64,000 bases of DNA. Source: an uncultured archaeon (GTDB lineage: Archaea > Iainarchaeota > Iainarchaeia > Iainarchaeales > CSSED10-239). The stretch spans positions 12,189 through 76,188 of the forward strand of contig CAZQEL010000001.1 of assembly GCA_964591795.1 (NCBI GenBank), read 5' to 3'. The notes under the pieces were generated by a model, which saw nothing but the letters and a program-made list of their open reading frames with translations, was not told where the DNA came from and ran no database searches. A program made the translations under genes and the position numbers. Below, in pieces: positions 9,063 through 18,278 of the stretch. Positions within the stretch are counted from its first letter, which is position 1. Each line of letters begins with the position of its first letter.

Positions 9063-10880
9063 TTAATCAATTTTATCTCCAATCTCAAGTTTTGGATAAA
9101 TACCTAAGGCTTTAATCTCATCTAAAAGAAGTTTAAAACCATAACTGATTTTAATTTTTTCAATAGTTCCGTTTGTACAAATTGGACAATATTTTCTATT
9201 TCTAATTTTATCATTAATTGCAATCATTCCACAATCAGAACAAACATATACTTCTAGTTCATCAGCTGAATCAATTAATTTTTCATGTAAAAGCATAGCT
9301 GAACCGTGAGCAATTAAAGCATCTCCTTCCATCTCACCAAATCTTAGTCCACCACCTTTTTCTTTACCTTCAGTTGGTTGTCTTGTTAAAAGTTGGATTG
9401 AACCTGTATCTCTTGATTGTATTTTATTAGTTACAACGTGGTATAATCTTTTAAAAGAAACTGGTCCTACAAAAATAGGCATTTCTATTTTTTCACCAGT
9501 AATTCCATCATAAAATGTTTCCTTACCATCTTCTCTAAAACCATATGATTTTAAAGTTTCAAGTAAATTGTCTTTATTAATATTAAATGGAGTACCATCA
9601 ATAATTTCACCAGTTAAAGAACTTACCTTTCCACCAATTGTTTCAAGTAAATGACCCACAGTCATTCTTGATGGAATTGAATGGGGATTAAGTAAAAAAT
9701 CTGGTTTCATACCATTTGATGTAAAAGGCATATCTTGCTCATTAATTACAGCACCAATAACACCTTTTTGTCCATGATTAGAACAAAATTTATCTCCTAC
9801 TTGAGGAATAAGTTCTGATCTTACTTTTACTTTACAAAGTTTTATTCCGCCAACAGTTTGAGATAACATTACTTTATCAACATAACCTCTTAAATGTCTT
9901 CTAGAGGTTACTGATGCTTCACGTCTTTCTTCAGAAACAACACCATATTCTGATATTTCTTCAACAAATCTAGGAGGAGAAGATATTCCAATAACAACTC
10001 CACCTTCTTCAATAAATGATTCAATATTACAAATTCCGTCTTCACCTAAATTCATATAGGCTTCGTCGCCTCTAAATCCAACAATATCTTCTGTAGGAAC
10101 AATAAATTCATCAGCTTGTCCTGAAGGATATCTGTTTTGTTGAGCAGAATAAGTTCTATAATATGAAGATCTTGCCATTCCTCTTTCAATAGCACCTTTA
10201 TTAATAATAATTGCATCTGTCATATTAAAACCTTTAAAAGGCATAATAGCAACAACTGCATTTTGAGACATTGGTCTTTTATCAGCTTCAATAATTTGTT
10301 CAGTTCTTGTAGTTACAAGTGTTTTTTGAGGATAATATAAAACGTGCATTTCAGTATCAAATCTATTTCTATAATTAACTGCAGGAATACCAACACCTTG
10401 TTTAAAAACTTTAGCACCGTGTATTGCTTTACCAGCCATATTATGATTTATAAAAGGAATCATTGATGAAATTACACTAAAAATAGCAGTTCCTGAAATT
10501 TCTAAGTGAGTATGCTTTAAAGTTATTTCTGTTTCATCAAGAGCAACAAGAGCATTTTCTTCTTCTTCAGAATCTAAATATTCTAAAACTCCTTCTTTAA
10601 CAAGATCTGACCAAGAAAGTTTTTGATCTTTAATTTCTTGTAACATTTCTTTTGTAAGTTTTGATTTTCCATTTTCAAGAACAATTAATGGTCTTTGTAC
10701 TCTTCCACTATCTGTACTAATATAAACTTCATTTGTACCTTGATTATAAGCTATATTAATTTGATCATCAACTTCTCCCTTACGTCTTTTATTTAAAAGA
10801 TCTTCTTTAAGTTTTACAGGATTATTATGAAAACCCACTAAACTTCCATTTATATAAATTTTACTTTTAGTAATTGGCAT
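9063..10880 (-). CDS. rpoB1: DNA-directed RNA polymerase subunit B' (Rpo2C, C-terminal half of B).
   Basis: ...SRDTGSIQLLTRQPTEGKEKGGGLRFGEMEGDAL... and C-terminal zinc-ribbon cysteines (CSDCG...CPIC). 605 aa. Confidence 0.95.
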   Translation of the reverse strand: MPITKSKIYINGSLVGFHNNPVKLKEDLLNKRRKGEVDDQINIAYNQGTNEVYISTDSGRVQRPLIVLENGKSKLTKEMLQEIKDQKLSWSDLVKEGVLEYLDSEEEENALVALDETEITLKHTHLEISGTAIFSVISSMIPFINHNMAGKAIHGAKVFKQGVGIPAVNYRNRFDTEMHVLYYPQKTLVTTRTEQIIEADKRPMSQNAVVAIMPFKGFNMTDAIIINKGAIERGMARSSYYRTYSAQQNRYPSGQADEFIVPTEDIVGFRGDEAYMNLGEDGICNIESFIEEGGVVIGISSPPRFVEEISEYGVVSEERREASVTSRRHLRGYVDKVMLSQTVGGIKLCKVKVRSELIPQVGDKFCSNHGQKGVIGAVINEQDMPFTSNGMKPDFLLNPHSIPSRMTVGHLLETIGGKVSSLTGEIIDGTPFNINKDNLLETLKSYGFREDGKETFYDGITGEKIEMPIFVGPVSFKRLYHVVTNKIQSRDTGSIQLLTRQPTEGKEKGGGLRFGEMEGDALIAHGSAMLLHEKLIDSADELEVYVCSDCGMIAINDKIRNRKYCPICTNGTIEKIKISYGFKLLLDEIKALGIYPKLEIGDKID

Positions 10881-10886
10881 ATATTT

Positions 10887-12341
10887 TCACAATTTAATTT
10901 CTTCAATTTCAATTGATTTTAAAATACTTTCAGTTCTTACATCAGTTGTTATTCTTGCAAGAATAGATAAATTTTTAGAAAGTCCACAGTTAGGACCATC
11001 AGGAGTTTCAACAGGACATAATCTACCCCAGTGAGTTCCGTGAACATCTCTTGCTTCATAAAGTTCTCTTTGTGAATCAAGAGTAGATTTTACTTTTCTT
11101 AAATTAGTTAATGGTGCAATATAATTAACCCTATCTAAAAAAGTACACACACCAGTTACATTAGCAACCCATGTTCCTGTACTTACAGCAAATTTAATTC
11201 TTTCTGAAATTGCATCAGGTCTAATTACAGTTGTAATATTTAATTTTCTATGTCTTGAAATAGTTCTATCGATTTGGAATTTTAAATCATTTACAAAATG
11301 TTTAAAGGAATATCTAAAAAGATTTTCCATTAATTTACCTGAAAGTTCAAGTCTTTTGTTTGAGTAATGATCCTTATCTTCATCTTCTCTTAATTTATAA
11401 ACTTTTTCAATAATTTTTGTTGTCATTGTAACCAAATAGAAAGCCTTAGCAGCTCTATCTTTTTTACTTTGACCAATATGTGGTAAAAGAAATGAATCAA
11501 TAACCTCTTGTGCTCTTCTAAGTCGATAATTTTCAGTTTGAGAAGGAGCAACAGCTTTACCAATTTTATCAAGTGCATCTTTTTCAGTAGAACACCCTAT
11601 TTTATCAATATTTAATAAAATTTCATTTTTAACTACTTTTTCATCAGAGAAAAGATCTAAGATATCTTTTTCTTTAATAACACCTAATGCATTTAAAAGT
11701 TCAACTAAAGCTAATTTTCTAGGTGATGACGGAAATGAGATATACATTAATCCTTCTGCATTTCTTTCAATTTTAACTTTACCTTTAAAAGCACCTTTAA
11801 CTGAGATAATTTGTGCTTTTACAATTTTAGCAGTTTCACTAATTAATATTCTATCAAGAGCTAAAACTTCTTGAGTGATTAATGCTTTTTCGGAACCATT
11901 AATAATAAAGTAACCACCAAAATCTAATGGATCTTCTCCTTGTTCAATTAAATCATCTCTTGAAAGTCCATGTAAATTACAATATTTAGATTTTACTAAA
12001 ATTGGAACTTCTCCAACATATGTTCTTTTTTCATCAATTAAAACTTCTTTTCTAAAAAGTTTAATATCAAGATAAATAGATCCAGCATAATTAATGTTTC
12101 TTTGTCTTGCTTCCATAGGAGTTAATCTAACTCTTGCACTTCTATCGGCTTCAACAATTTCTGGTTTAAAAACTTCTACATTTTCTATTTTTATACGTAC
12201 ATTGTTGTTACATTCAATATCTGAATATTCTTCAACAATTTCAGGAATTTTCTCCTCAATAAATTGATCAAAAGATTTTAATATTTGATCTATAGGTCCG
12301 GCAGATTTATAATAAGACTCAATTAATGGCCAATTATCCAT
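10887..12341 (-). CDS. rpoB2: DNA-directed RNA polymerase subunit B'' (Rpo2N, N-terminal half of B).
   Basis: The B gene is split into two ORFs, as in euryarchaeal and DPANN-type organisation. Conserved blocks such as ...GGYFIINGSEKALITQE... 484 aa. Confidence 0.9.
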   Translation of the reverse strand: MDNWPLIESYYKSAGPIDQILKSFDQFIEEKIPEIVEEYSDIECNNNVRIKIENVEVFKPEIVEADRSARVRLTPMEARQRNINYAGSIYLDIKLFRKEVLIDEKRTYVGEVPILVKSKYCNLHGLSRDDLIEQGEDPLDFGGYFIINGSEKALITQEVLALDRILISETAKIVKAQIISVKGAFKGKVKIERNAEGLMYISFPSSPRKLALVELLNALGVIKEKDILDLFSDEKVVKNEILLNIDKIGCSTEKDALDKIGKAVAPSQTENYRLRRAQEVIDSFLLPHIGQSKKDRAAKAFYLVTMTTKIIEKVYKLREDEDKDHYSNKRLELSGKLMENLFRYSFKHFVNDLKFQIDRTISRHRKLNITTVIRPDAISERIKFAVSTGTWVANVTGVCTFLDRVNYIAPLTNLRKVKSTLDSQRELYEARDVHGTHWGRLCPVETPDGPNCGLSKNLSILARITTDVRTESILKSIEIEEIKL

Positions 12342-12415
12342 TTATAATCACATTTTTATATATTTTTTTTATTAATTTAAACATTTTTTTAAGAAACTCT
12401 TTTTAAAAAATGAAA

Positions 12416-12757
12416 CTACTCGTCACTAATTACTTTTCTATAATAGTAAATATCCCCAATTATTTCATTTTTTCTTTTAATTTTAATAACAGCACCTGGT
12501 TTAATTTCTAAATGTCTTATTGCAGGGTCTGAAATAGATAATAATGGTAATTTATCAATAGTTATGTTTTTTAAAGAAAGTTCAGCTAGATCCTGTTCTG
12601 TTGCAACAGTATGAATAGGAATTAAATTATGCTTAATTTCATCTTTAAGTCTTCTTTGTCTTCTATTCTTTCTAACTTTTTTTGTTTTAGAACTTGATTT
12701 TTTTTTATCTTTAATAGGTTTTTTAATTTTCACATCTATTTTAGAATTGTCATCCAT
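12416..12757 (-). CDS. rpoH: RNA polymerase subunit H (Rpo5) with a Lys-rich N-terminal extension.
   Basis: The C-terminal ~70 aa (...HNLIPIHTV...PGAVIKIKRKNEIIGDIYYYRKV) match RpoH. It is first in the rpoH-B''-B'-A'-A'' order. Confidence 0.8.
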   Translation of the reverse strand: MDDNSKIDVKIKKPIKDKKKSSSKTKKVRKNRRQRRLKDEIKHNLIPIHTVATEQDLAELSLKNITIDKLPLLSISDPAIRHLEIKPGAVIKIKRKNEIIGDIYYYRKVISDE

Positions 12758-12981
12758 GATTAAACACCTGTTTTAAAATAACTATATTGATAAATGCTTT
12801 TGATTTAAGTTAAAATTAAGTAAAAAGATTGATAAGTATAATATGTATTTCTTAGATACATTTAACGGTACAGATAAATAGAGAGATGATAATAAAAGCA
12901 TATACTAATTAGCTAACAAAAACTTTATAAAGGGATGTGTTTTTTTCCTCAAAAATAGGGTTATTTTTATTTTTAAATAAT

Positions 12982-13009
12982 TATATAGTTAAAGGTAATT
13001 AACTATATA
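12982..13009. promoter_or_regulatory. 11-bp perfect inverted repeat (tatatagttaa-N6-ttaactatata) in the divergent intergenic region between rpoH and the KaiC-like gene. Candidate operator.
   Basis: Seen in sequence. Chance occurrence is not negligible in a genome this AT-rich. Confidence 0.2.
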
Positions 13010-13093
13010 TTTATTAATATAACTAAATACTTTTAAATAACTTACTATTCATATATATTAATATTATATTTTATATAAGAAGGTGTTTAAAAA

Positions 13094-13804
13094 ATGGAAA
13101 GAGTACCAACAGGCGTTTTAGGCTTTGATGAATTAATAGATGGGGGAATCCCAAAAGGAGCAACTGTTCTTGTATCAGGTGGAGCAGGTTCAGCCAAAAC
13201 TATTTTTGCAACCACATATATTTACGAAGGTGCTAGAAAGTATGGAGAACCCGGACTTTTTGTAACTGTAGAAGATAATTTAAAGAATATCGTATGGAAC
13301 ATGGAAAGTTTTGGATGGGATATTAAATCTTTAGAACAAAGAAATCTAATGAAAATATACAGAATGCATATCGATCCAAGAAAACCAGTTGAACCACAAA
13401 TTGATAAAGAACTTGATATAATTACTTCAATGGTTAAAGATATTGGAGCTAAAAGACTTGCAGTAGATTCAACAACCGCTTTTAGTGCATGGATAAATGA
13501 TGCAGGTAAACTTAGAAATCTTTTATTTAGATTTTCAGATTATTTAAAAGATTTAGATTGTACAACCTTATTAACATCAGAAACTGCTGGTGGCCCTCAC
13601 GATTTTTCAGCATTTGGTGTTGAAGAATTCGTTGTGGATGGAATTTTCATGCTTTATTTTATACCACCACACAGATCAATTTTTATTAGAAAGTTAAGAG
13701 GTACAAAACATTCTCAAAAAGTACATCCTTGTTTTATAACTCCAAAAGGAATTGAAATTAACCCACATGATGAAATAATGTGGTCTTCTATTAAACAATA
13801 TTAA
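13094..13804 (+). CDS. KaiC/RadB-like RecA-superfamily ATPase (single domain, 236 aa).
   Basis: VPTGVLGFDELIDGGIPKGATVLVSGGAGSAKTIFATTYIYEG... then ...GLFVTVEDN... gives the KaiC-like layout (COG0467-type). The Walker A reads GGAGSAKT (A instead of G before the K). It is the only plus-strand gene in the window. Confidence 0.75.
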   Translation: MERVPTGVLGFDELIDGGIPKGATVLVSGGAGSAKTIFATTYIYEGARKYGEPGLFVTVEDNLKNIVWNMESFGWDIKSLEQRNLMKIYRMHIDPRKPVEPQIDKELDIITSMVKDIGAKRLAVDSTTAFSAWINDAGKLRNLLFRFSDYLKDLDCTTLLTSETAGGPHDFSAFGVEEFVVDGIFMLYFIPPHRSIFIRKLRGTKHSQKVHPCFITPKGIEINPHDEIMWSSIKQY

Positions 13805-14009
13805 ATATTTAATATTGTTTTTCTTTTTTTTATTTTCAAATATATTTAAACAATAAAATTCTAATAATTTATATGTATCCTGATATCTAAAATAATAATA
13901 GTTTTGTATTAAAAAGTGTAACAGAACACTTAAATAAACATGAAAAAAACTATAATGTACTTGATTTTTATAAAATTAATTAAAATTAAAAAAAGAAGTT
14001 ATTAATCAA

Positions 14010-15749
14010 TTAAACGGATTTTTGTAAATTATAAAATCTTGACATTTCTTCAAGACTAGTTGTTTCTTTTTCTTGTTTATCAACTCTATATTTTACAAAT
14101 CTAGGAAATCTTAATGCCAAGGTTTCATTTGAATTTAATAAAGGAGTAGTGTGCACTGAACTTATTGTAATATCATCAAAATTAATCTCAACTATAATCT
14201 TTGGAATAACATAAAAATCAGGTTCTGTATTTGTAACAAGATCACTTGGTTTTTCAACAATAGTTAAATTCTTTAAAGTTTCTGATAATTCTTTTAAAAC
14301 TTCGTCTTTAAGACCACTACCTAATTTAGCAAGTGTATAGTATTTATTAGTAGCATTATCATATATTCCTACTAAAAGAGCTCCAATACCAGTGATGGTT
14401 CGTTTACCTTGTCCATAAAATGCACCTAAAACAACAGCATCTATAGTATCCATAGAACCATTATAGGATTTTTTAAATTTAATCCAATTAAACCCACGTG
14501 ATCCTGCACTATATCCAGAGTGTAAGTCTTTTGCAATTATTCCTTCAAAACCATTATTTATTGATTCATTAAAGAAATTTTCTAAATCACCAAGATTATC
14601 TGTAGTAATACATTTTGTAGGAGTAACAACTGGAGGATAATTAAAATTTTCTTCAATTAGTTTTCTACGTTCACTAAATGGTTTAAAAAGAACTGTTTCT
14701 TTTTTAAAATAAATAATATCAAATACTTTTAAATGAAGTGGTAATTCTTTTGATTTCTCTAAAATATCATATTTTCTTTTTCTTTGCATTGTTATTTGAA
14801 AAGCATAATATTTATTATTTTTTGAATCAAATGCAATTGCTTCAGAGTCAATTATAAAATCATGTGGTATACTTAAGGCATTTGAAACAATATCTGGAAA
14901 CATAGAAGTCATATCTTCTTCGTTTCTTGAAAAAATTTTTACTTTCTCTTTAGATTTATGAACCTGCATTCTAAATCCATCAATTTTATAATCAACTAAA
15001 AAAGAATTTTCTTTTCCTAATCTATCATAAATGTCAACTAAACTTTTACATCTTTCACAAAGTGCAGGCTTAACTGGAATAAATAGTTCAACTGATAAAT
15101 TTTTAATACTACTAAGCCCTTTTTCTTTAAATTTATGTGCTAATAGTCCAAGATCTGAAATTAAATTATATTTTTCTAATAATAATGATCTTGCTTCTTT
15201 TTGTTCTTCTTCTTTTAAAAAAAGAGAAAGGGCATCAATTAAGGTTGCATCTGAAAAACCAAGTCTTAATGAAATAGGAAATCTAACAATATATTTTGCA
15301 GATCTTAAATCTGAATTATAAAGAATTGATTCAAAAAGTTTTATTTTAGTATCAATTGCACCCTTACCATCAATTAAAGTCATTCTTTCAAAAGTAGAAT
15401 AAATTTCTCTAAATGATTGTTTTTTTGAAAATAAAGTTTGTTGTGTTTTTTTTGATTTTAAAGTATCAATAACAAGACCTAAATCTCCGAGTTTTTTAAA
15501 GTTTTCAGAAATAGTACTTTCAGTATGTCCAAGATATCTAGAAATTACTGAAATTAAAGTAGAAAGCCCAATATTTATTTCTTTACCTTGATATTTAGGT
15601 CCAATCTTACCCTGACAAAAATAAACTAAACTTGCTATGTCTTCAGAATTACATCTTAAAAAAAGCTCAGAAAGAATTGAAGCCATTTCAAGACGACTTG
15701 ATGTTTTTTCAAGTCTTTCAAAATATCTTGTAATTAAACTAAAATCCAT
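14010..15749 (-). CDS. lig: ATP-dependent DNA ligase.
   Basis: Adenylation motif I (...FLVDYKIDGFRMQVHK...), further conserved blocks (...EGIIAKD...) and an archaeal ligase length of 579 aa. Confidence 0.9.
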   Translation of the reverse strand: MDFSLITRYFERLEKTSSRLEMASILSELFLRCNSEDIASLVYFCQGKIGPKYQGKEINIGLSTLISVISRYLGHTESTISENFKKLGDLGLVIDTLKSKKTQQTLFSKKQSFREIYSTFERMTLIDGKGAIDTKIKLFESILYNSDLRSAKYIVRFPISLRLGFSDATLIDALSLFLKEEEQKEARSLLLEKYNLISDLGLLAHKFKEKGLSSIKNLSVELFIPVKPALCERCKSLVDIYDRLGKENSFLVDYKIDGFRMQVHKSKEKVKIFSRNEEDMTSMFPDIVSNALSIPHDFIIDSEAIAFDSKNNKYYAFQITMQRKRKYDILEKSKELPLHLKVFDIIYFKKETVLFKPFSERRKLIEENFNYPPVVTPTKCITTDNLGDLENFFNESINNGFEGIIAKDLHSGYSAGSRGFNWIKFKKSYNGSMDTIDAVVLGAFYGQGKRTITGIGALLVGIYDNATNKYYTLAKLGSGLKDEVLKELSETLKNLTIVEKPSDLVTNTEPDFYVIPKIIVEINFDDITISSVHTTPLLNSNETLALRFPRFVKYRVDKQEKETTSLEEMSRFYNLQKSV

Positions 15750-15769
15750 TATTTTTACCTTTTTAAAAA

Positions 15770-17233
15770 TTAATAAGTTCTACCTACATAAACTATGCTT
15801 TTAGCTTTATTTTTACAAATAATACAAACATCAGATTCATCAGCTTCTTCTTTATAATCCATTCTAACTCCTCTAATATCTCCACCCTTTGTTTGTGCTT
15901 TAAGTTCTTCAAAGCAAGACTTACCATCCATTTTAATTGAACAAAAAGGCACTCTAGCAACTTTATTTTCATCTAAAACTTCATTAAGATCTTCCATTGT
16001 TGAAACAGATAATATTTTATTATCAAATGCACTATCTGCTTGTTCTCTTAAATTACCTAAAAACTCATTTTCAATAATTTTAATTTCATCAAAGATATCA
16101 GCAACATATACTTTTTTCTTTTCATTTAAATCTCTTCTAAAAAGTACAACAGATCCTGCAAAAATATCTTTTGGACCTACTTCAATTCTTATAGGTACAC
16201 CTTTCATTTCATAATGTGTAAATCTTTCTCTTGGTGTTTTTTCAGTTTGATCATCTATCTTAACTCTATAACCAAGTTTATCTAAATCTTTAGCAATTTC
16301 AATACAAAATGATTCTAATTTTTGATTATCAAAATCACTAAAATATAATGGAGTTATAATTATCTGTATTGGTACTAAATCAAAAGGAATTCTTAAACCT
16401 AAACTATCACCATGAACACAAATCATTCCACCATATATTCTCGAAATTGCTGGACCATAACATGTTCCAAAAGGATGTTTTAAAGAATCATCTTTATCTT
16501 TAAACTTAACATCAAAAGTTTCAGTAAATTTAGTTCCTAAAAGATGAGTTGATGGAAGTTGTAATATCTTACCATTATTTAAAATTACATCTGCTGCAAA
16601 AGTATCCATTGCTCCAGGAAATTTATCCCATTGTGGTCTTTTAAAAAATATGAATGGAACAGCAAATTCTCCATGAATAATATCTTCAGTAATTTGCATA
16701 TCTTCATACACTTGTTTAACAGCATCTTCTAAAGTTTCAAAAATATTATGAGATTCATACCAATAAAATTCTCTACCTCTTAAAAAAGGTTTTGTGGCTT
16801 TTGAATCATATCTAAAAACATTCGCTCGTTGATATGTCTTAAGTGGTAAATCTCTATAACTTTGTATCCAATATTTAAACATATAATAAAAAGCAGTTTC
16901 AGAAGTTGGTCTTAATGCATACTTTTGTTCAAAGTCTTCATCACCATGTTTTGTAACCCAAAATACTTCTGGACTAAAACCTTCAATATGTTCTGATTCT
17001 TTTAAAAAATTTTCTTCAGGTATTAATGTTGGCATAATCACTTGTTGATGACCAGTTTCATTAAATTTATCTTCATATATTCTAAACATTTTACTTATTG
17101 AAAAAACTGACCAAGGACGAAATACAGTAAACCCTTTTAAGTTATATCTTATATCAATAAGCTCAGCTTTAAAGATAATATCATTAAACCATTCGTTTAA
17201 ATCTTCTATTTTATATTTTTCTGATGAAGGCAT
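15770..17233 (-). CDS. proS: Prolyl-tRNA synthetase, archaeal/eukaryotic type.
   Basis: Class II aaRS motifs (...ALRPTSETAFYYMF...), a C-terminal zinc-binding domain with cysteines, and the terminal Tyr (...VYVGRTY) typical of archaeal ProRS. 487 aa. Confidence 0.9.
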   Translation of the reverse strand: MPSSEKYKIEDLNEWFNDIIFKAELIDIRYNLKGFTVFRPWSVFSISKMFRIYEDKFNETGHQQVIMPTLIPEENFLKESEHIEGFSPEVFWVTKHGDEDFEQKYALRPTSETAFYYMFKYWIQSYRDLPLKTYQRANVFRYDSKATKPFLRGREFYWYESHNIFETLEDAVKQVYEDMQITEDIIHGEFAVPFIFFKRPQWDKFPGAMDTFAADVILNNGKILQLPSTHLLGTKFTETFDVKFKDKDDSLKHPFGTCYGPAISRIYGGMICVHGDSLGLRIPFDLVPIQIIITPLYFSDFDNQKLESFCIEIAKDLDKLGYRVKIDDQTEKTPRERFTHYEMKGVPIRIEVGPKDIFAGSVVLFRRDLNEKKKVYVADIFDEIKIIENEFLGNLREQADSAFDNKILSVSTMEDLNEVLDENKVARVPFCSIKMDGKSCFEELKAQTKGGDIRGVRMDYKEEADESDVCIICKNKAKSIVYVGRTY

Positions 17234-17432
17234 AGTTAATCACATATATTTGCAATATATTATATAGTTCAATATATTTAAAAAAGAAACTGTTCTATAA
17301 ATAAATATTATGTTTTTTTAATAAAAATTATCTTTTTCTATGTAAGTATAAAAAATTACAACTAAAATTTTTAAGACTTTAATTATTTTTAATTTTATAT
17401 ATTTAAATTATTTTTAATAGCATTAATATTTT

Positions 17433-18077
17433 TTACTTAACATTTAATTTTTGTTTAATCAAATCAATATTATTTGCAAAAATAGTAAATTTAGTAAGAT
17501 AATCAGTATGTTGGTTTAAAATTTTATTTTTTAAATTTCTCTTTTTTTCATGATAATAATTAAGATTATCAGTTACATTTCCTGCAGCATCTTTATCACC
17601 TGCTTTAAGATAACTTCTTTTTAAATATTCTGCATTTTTACTTAATAGCTTATAATCTACATCTACATGAATATAATTATCAATTAATTTAATTATTTGC
17701 TTAGAAGAAGTATTTAATTTTTCTAAATATAAAAAATAAGCTTTATGTCCACTACTCATATGTTTAGAATTATTTTTTAATTTAAAAGATGCAAGTTCAC
17801 CTTCAATTAATTTAAGTCTATTTTTAATATAGTCTTTAGATAATTTTAATTTATTTTTATCAAAATTACCATAACTTTTTTTCAATAATTTAATTGTTTT
17901 TTCTTTAATAGTATAGAAATCTAATTCTGCATATATTTTTTTTAATTCAGAATGCAAAACAGAATTATAAGTTTTATTTTTAATAATAGATTTTTTTAAT
18001 TTAATTTTAGAATTACTAAATAAATTTAGTTCTAATTGCTTTATATTAACTTTTTTTTTAGCAACCATATAAATCAA
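17433..18077 (-). CDS. Hypothetical Lys-rich, probably coiled-coil protein (214 aa).
   Basis: ORF only. No motif recognised. Confidence 0.45.
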   Translation of the reverse strand: MIYMVAKKKVNIKQLELNLFSNSKIKLKKSIIKNKTYNSVLHSELKKIYAELDFYTIKEKTIKLLKKSYGNFDKNKLKLSKDYIKNRLKLIEGELASFKLKNNSKHMSSGHKAYFLYLEKLNTSSKQIIKLIDNYIHVDVDYKLLSKNAEYLKRSYLKAGDKDAAGNVTDNLNYYHEKKRNLKNKILNQHTDYLTKFTIFANNIDLIKQKLNVK

Positions 18078-18098
18078 ATTTTATTGAAAATGAAAAAG

Positions 18099-18172
18099 TG
18101 GGACTGCCCCGATTTGAACGGGGGTCGTAAGCTCCCAAAGCTTAAATGCTAACCAGGCTACACCACAGCCCC
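18099..18172 (-). tRNA. tRNA-Pro (anticodon GGG).
   Basis: Reverse complement GGGGCUGUGGUGUAGCCUGGUUAGCAUUUAAGCUUUGGGAGCUUACGACCCCCGUUCAAAUCGGGGCAGUCCCA. 7-bp acceptor stem, T-arm CCCCG-UUCAAAU-CGGGG, anticodon stem AAGCU/AGCUU with loop UUGGGAG. Confidence 0.85.
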
Positions 18173-18278
18173 AATATTTTCTGTAGTATAAATATATAGA
18201 AACAATAGGTTTATAAATAAATATATTTTTATTCAAAATACATTACAAAATTAAAGTTTAATAAAATTAATTTGTACT

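Noticed and set aside
15031-15321. 96-aa plus-strand ORF inside the DNA ligase gene.
   Set aside because: Antisense to a confidently identified ligase. No motif.
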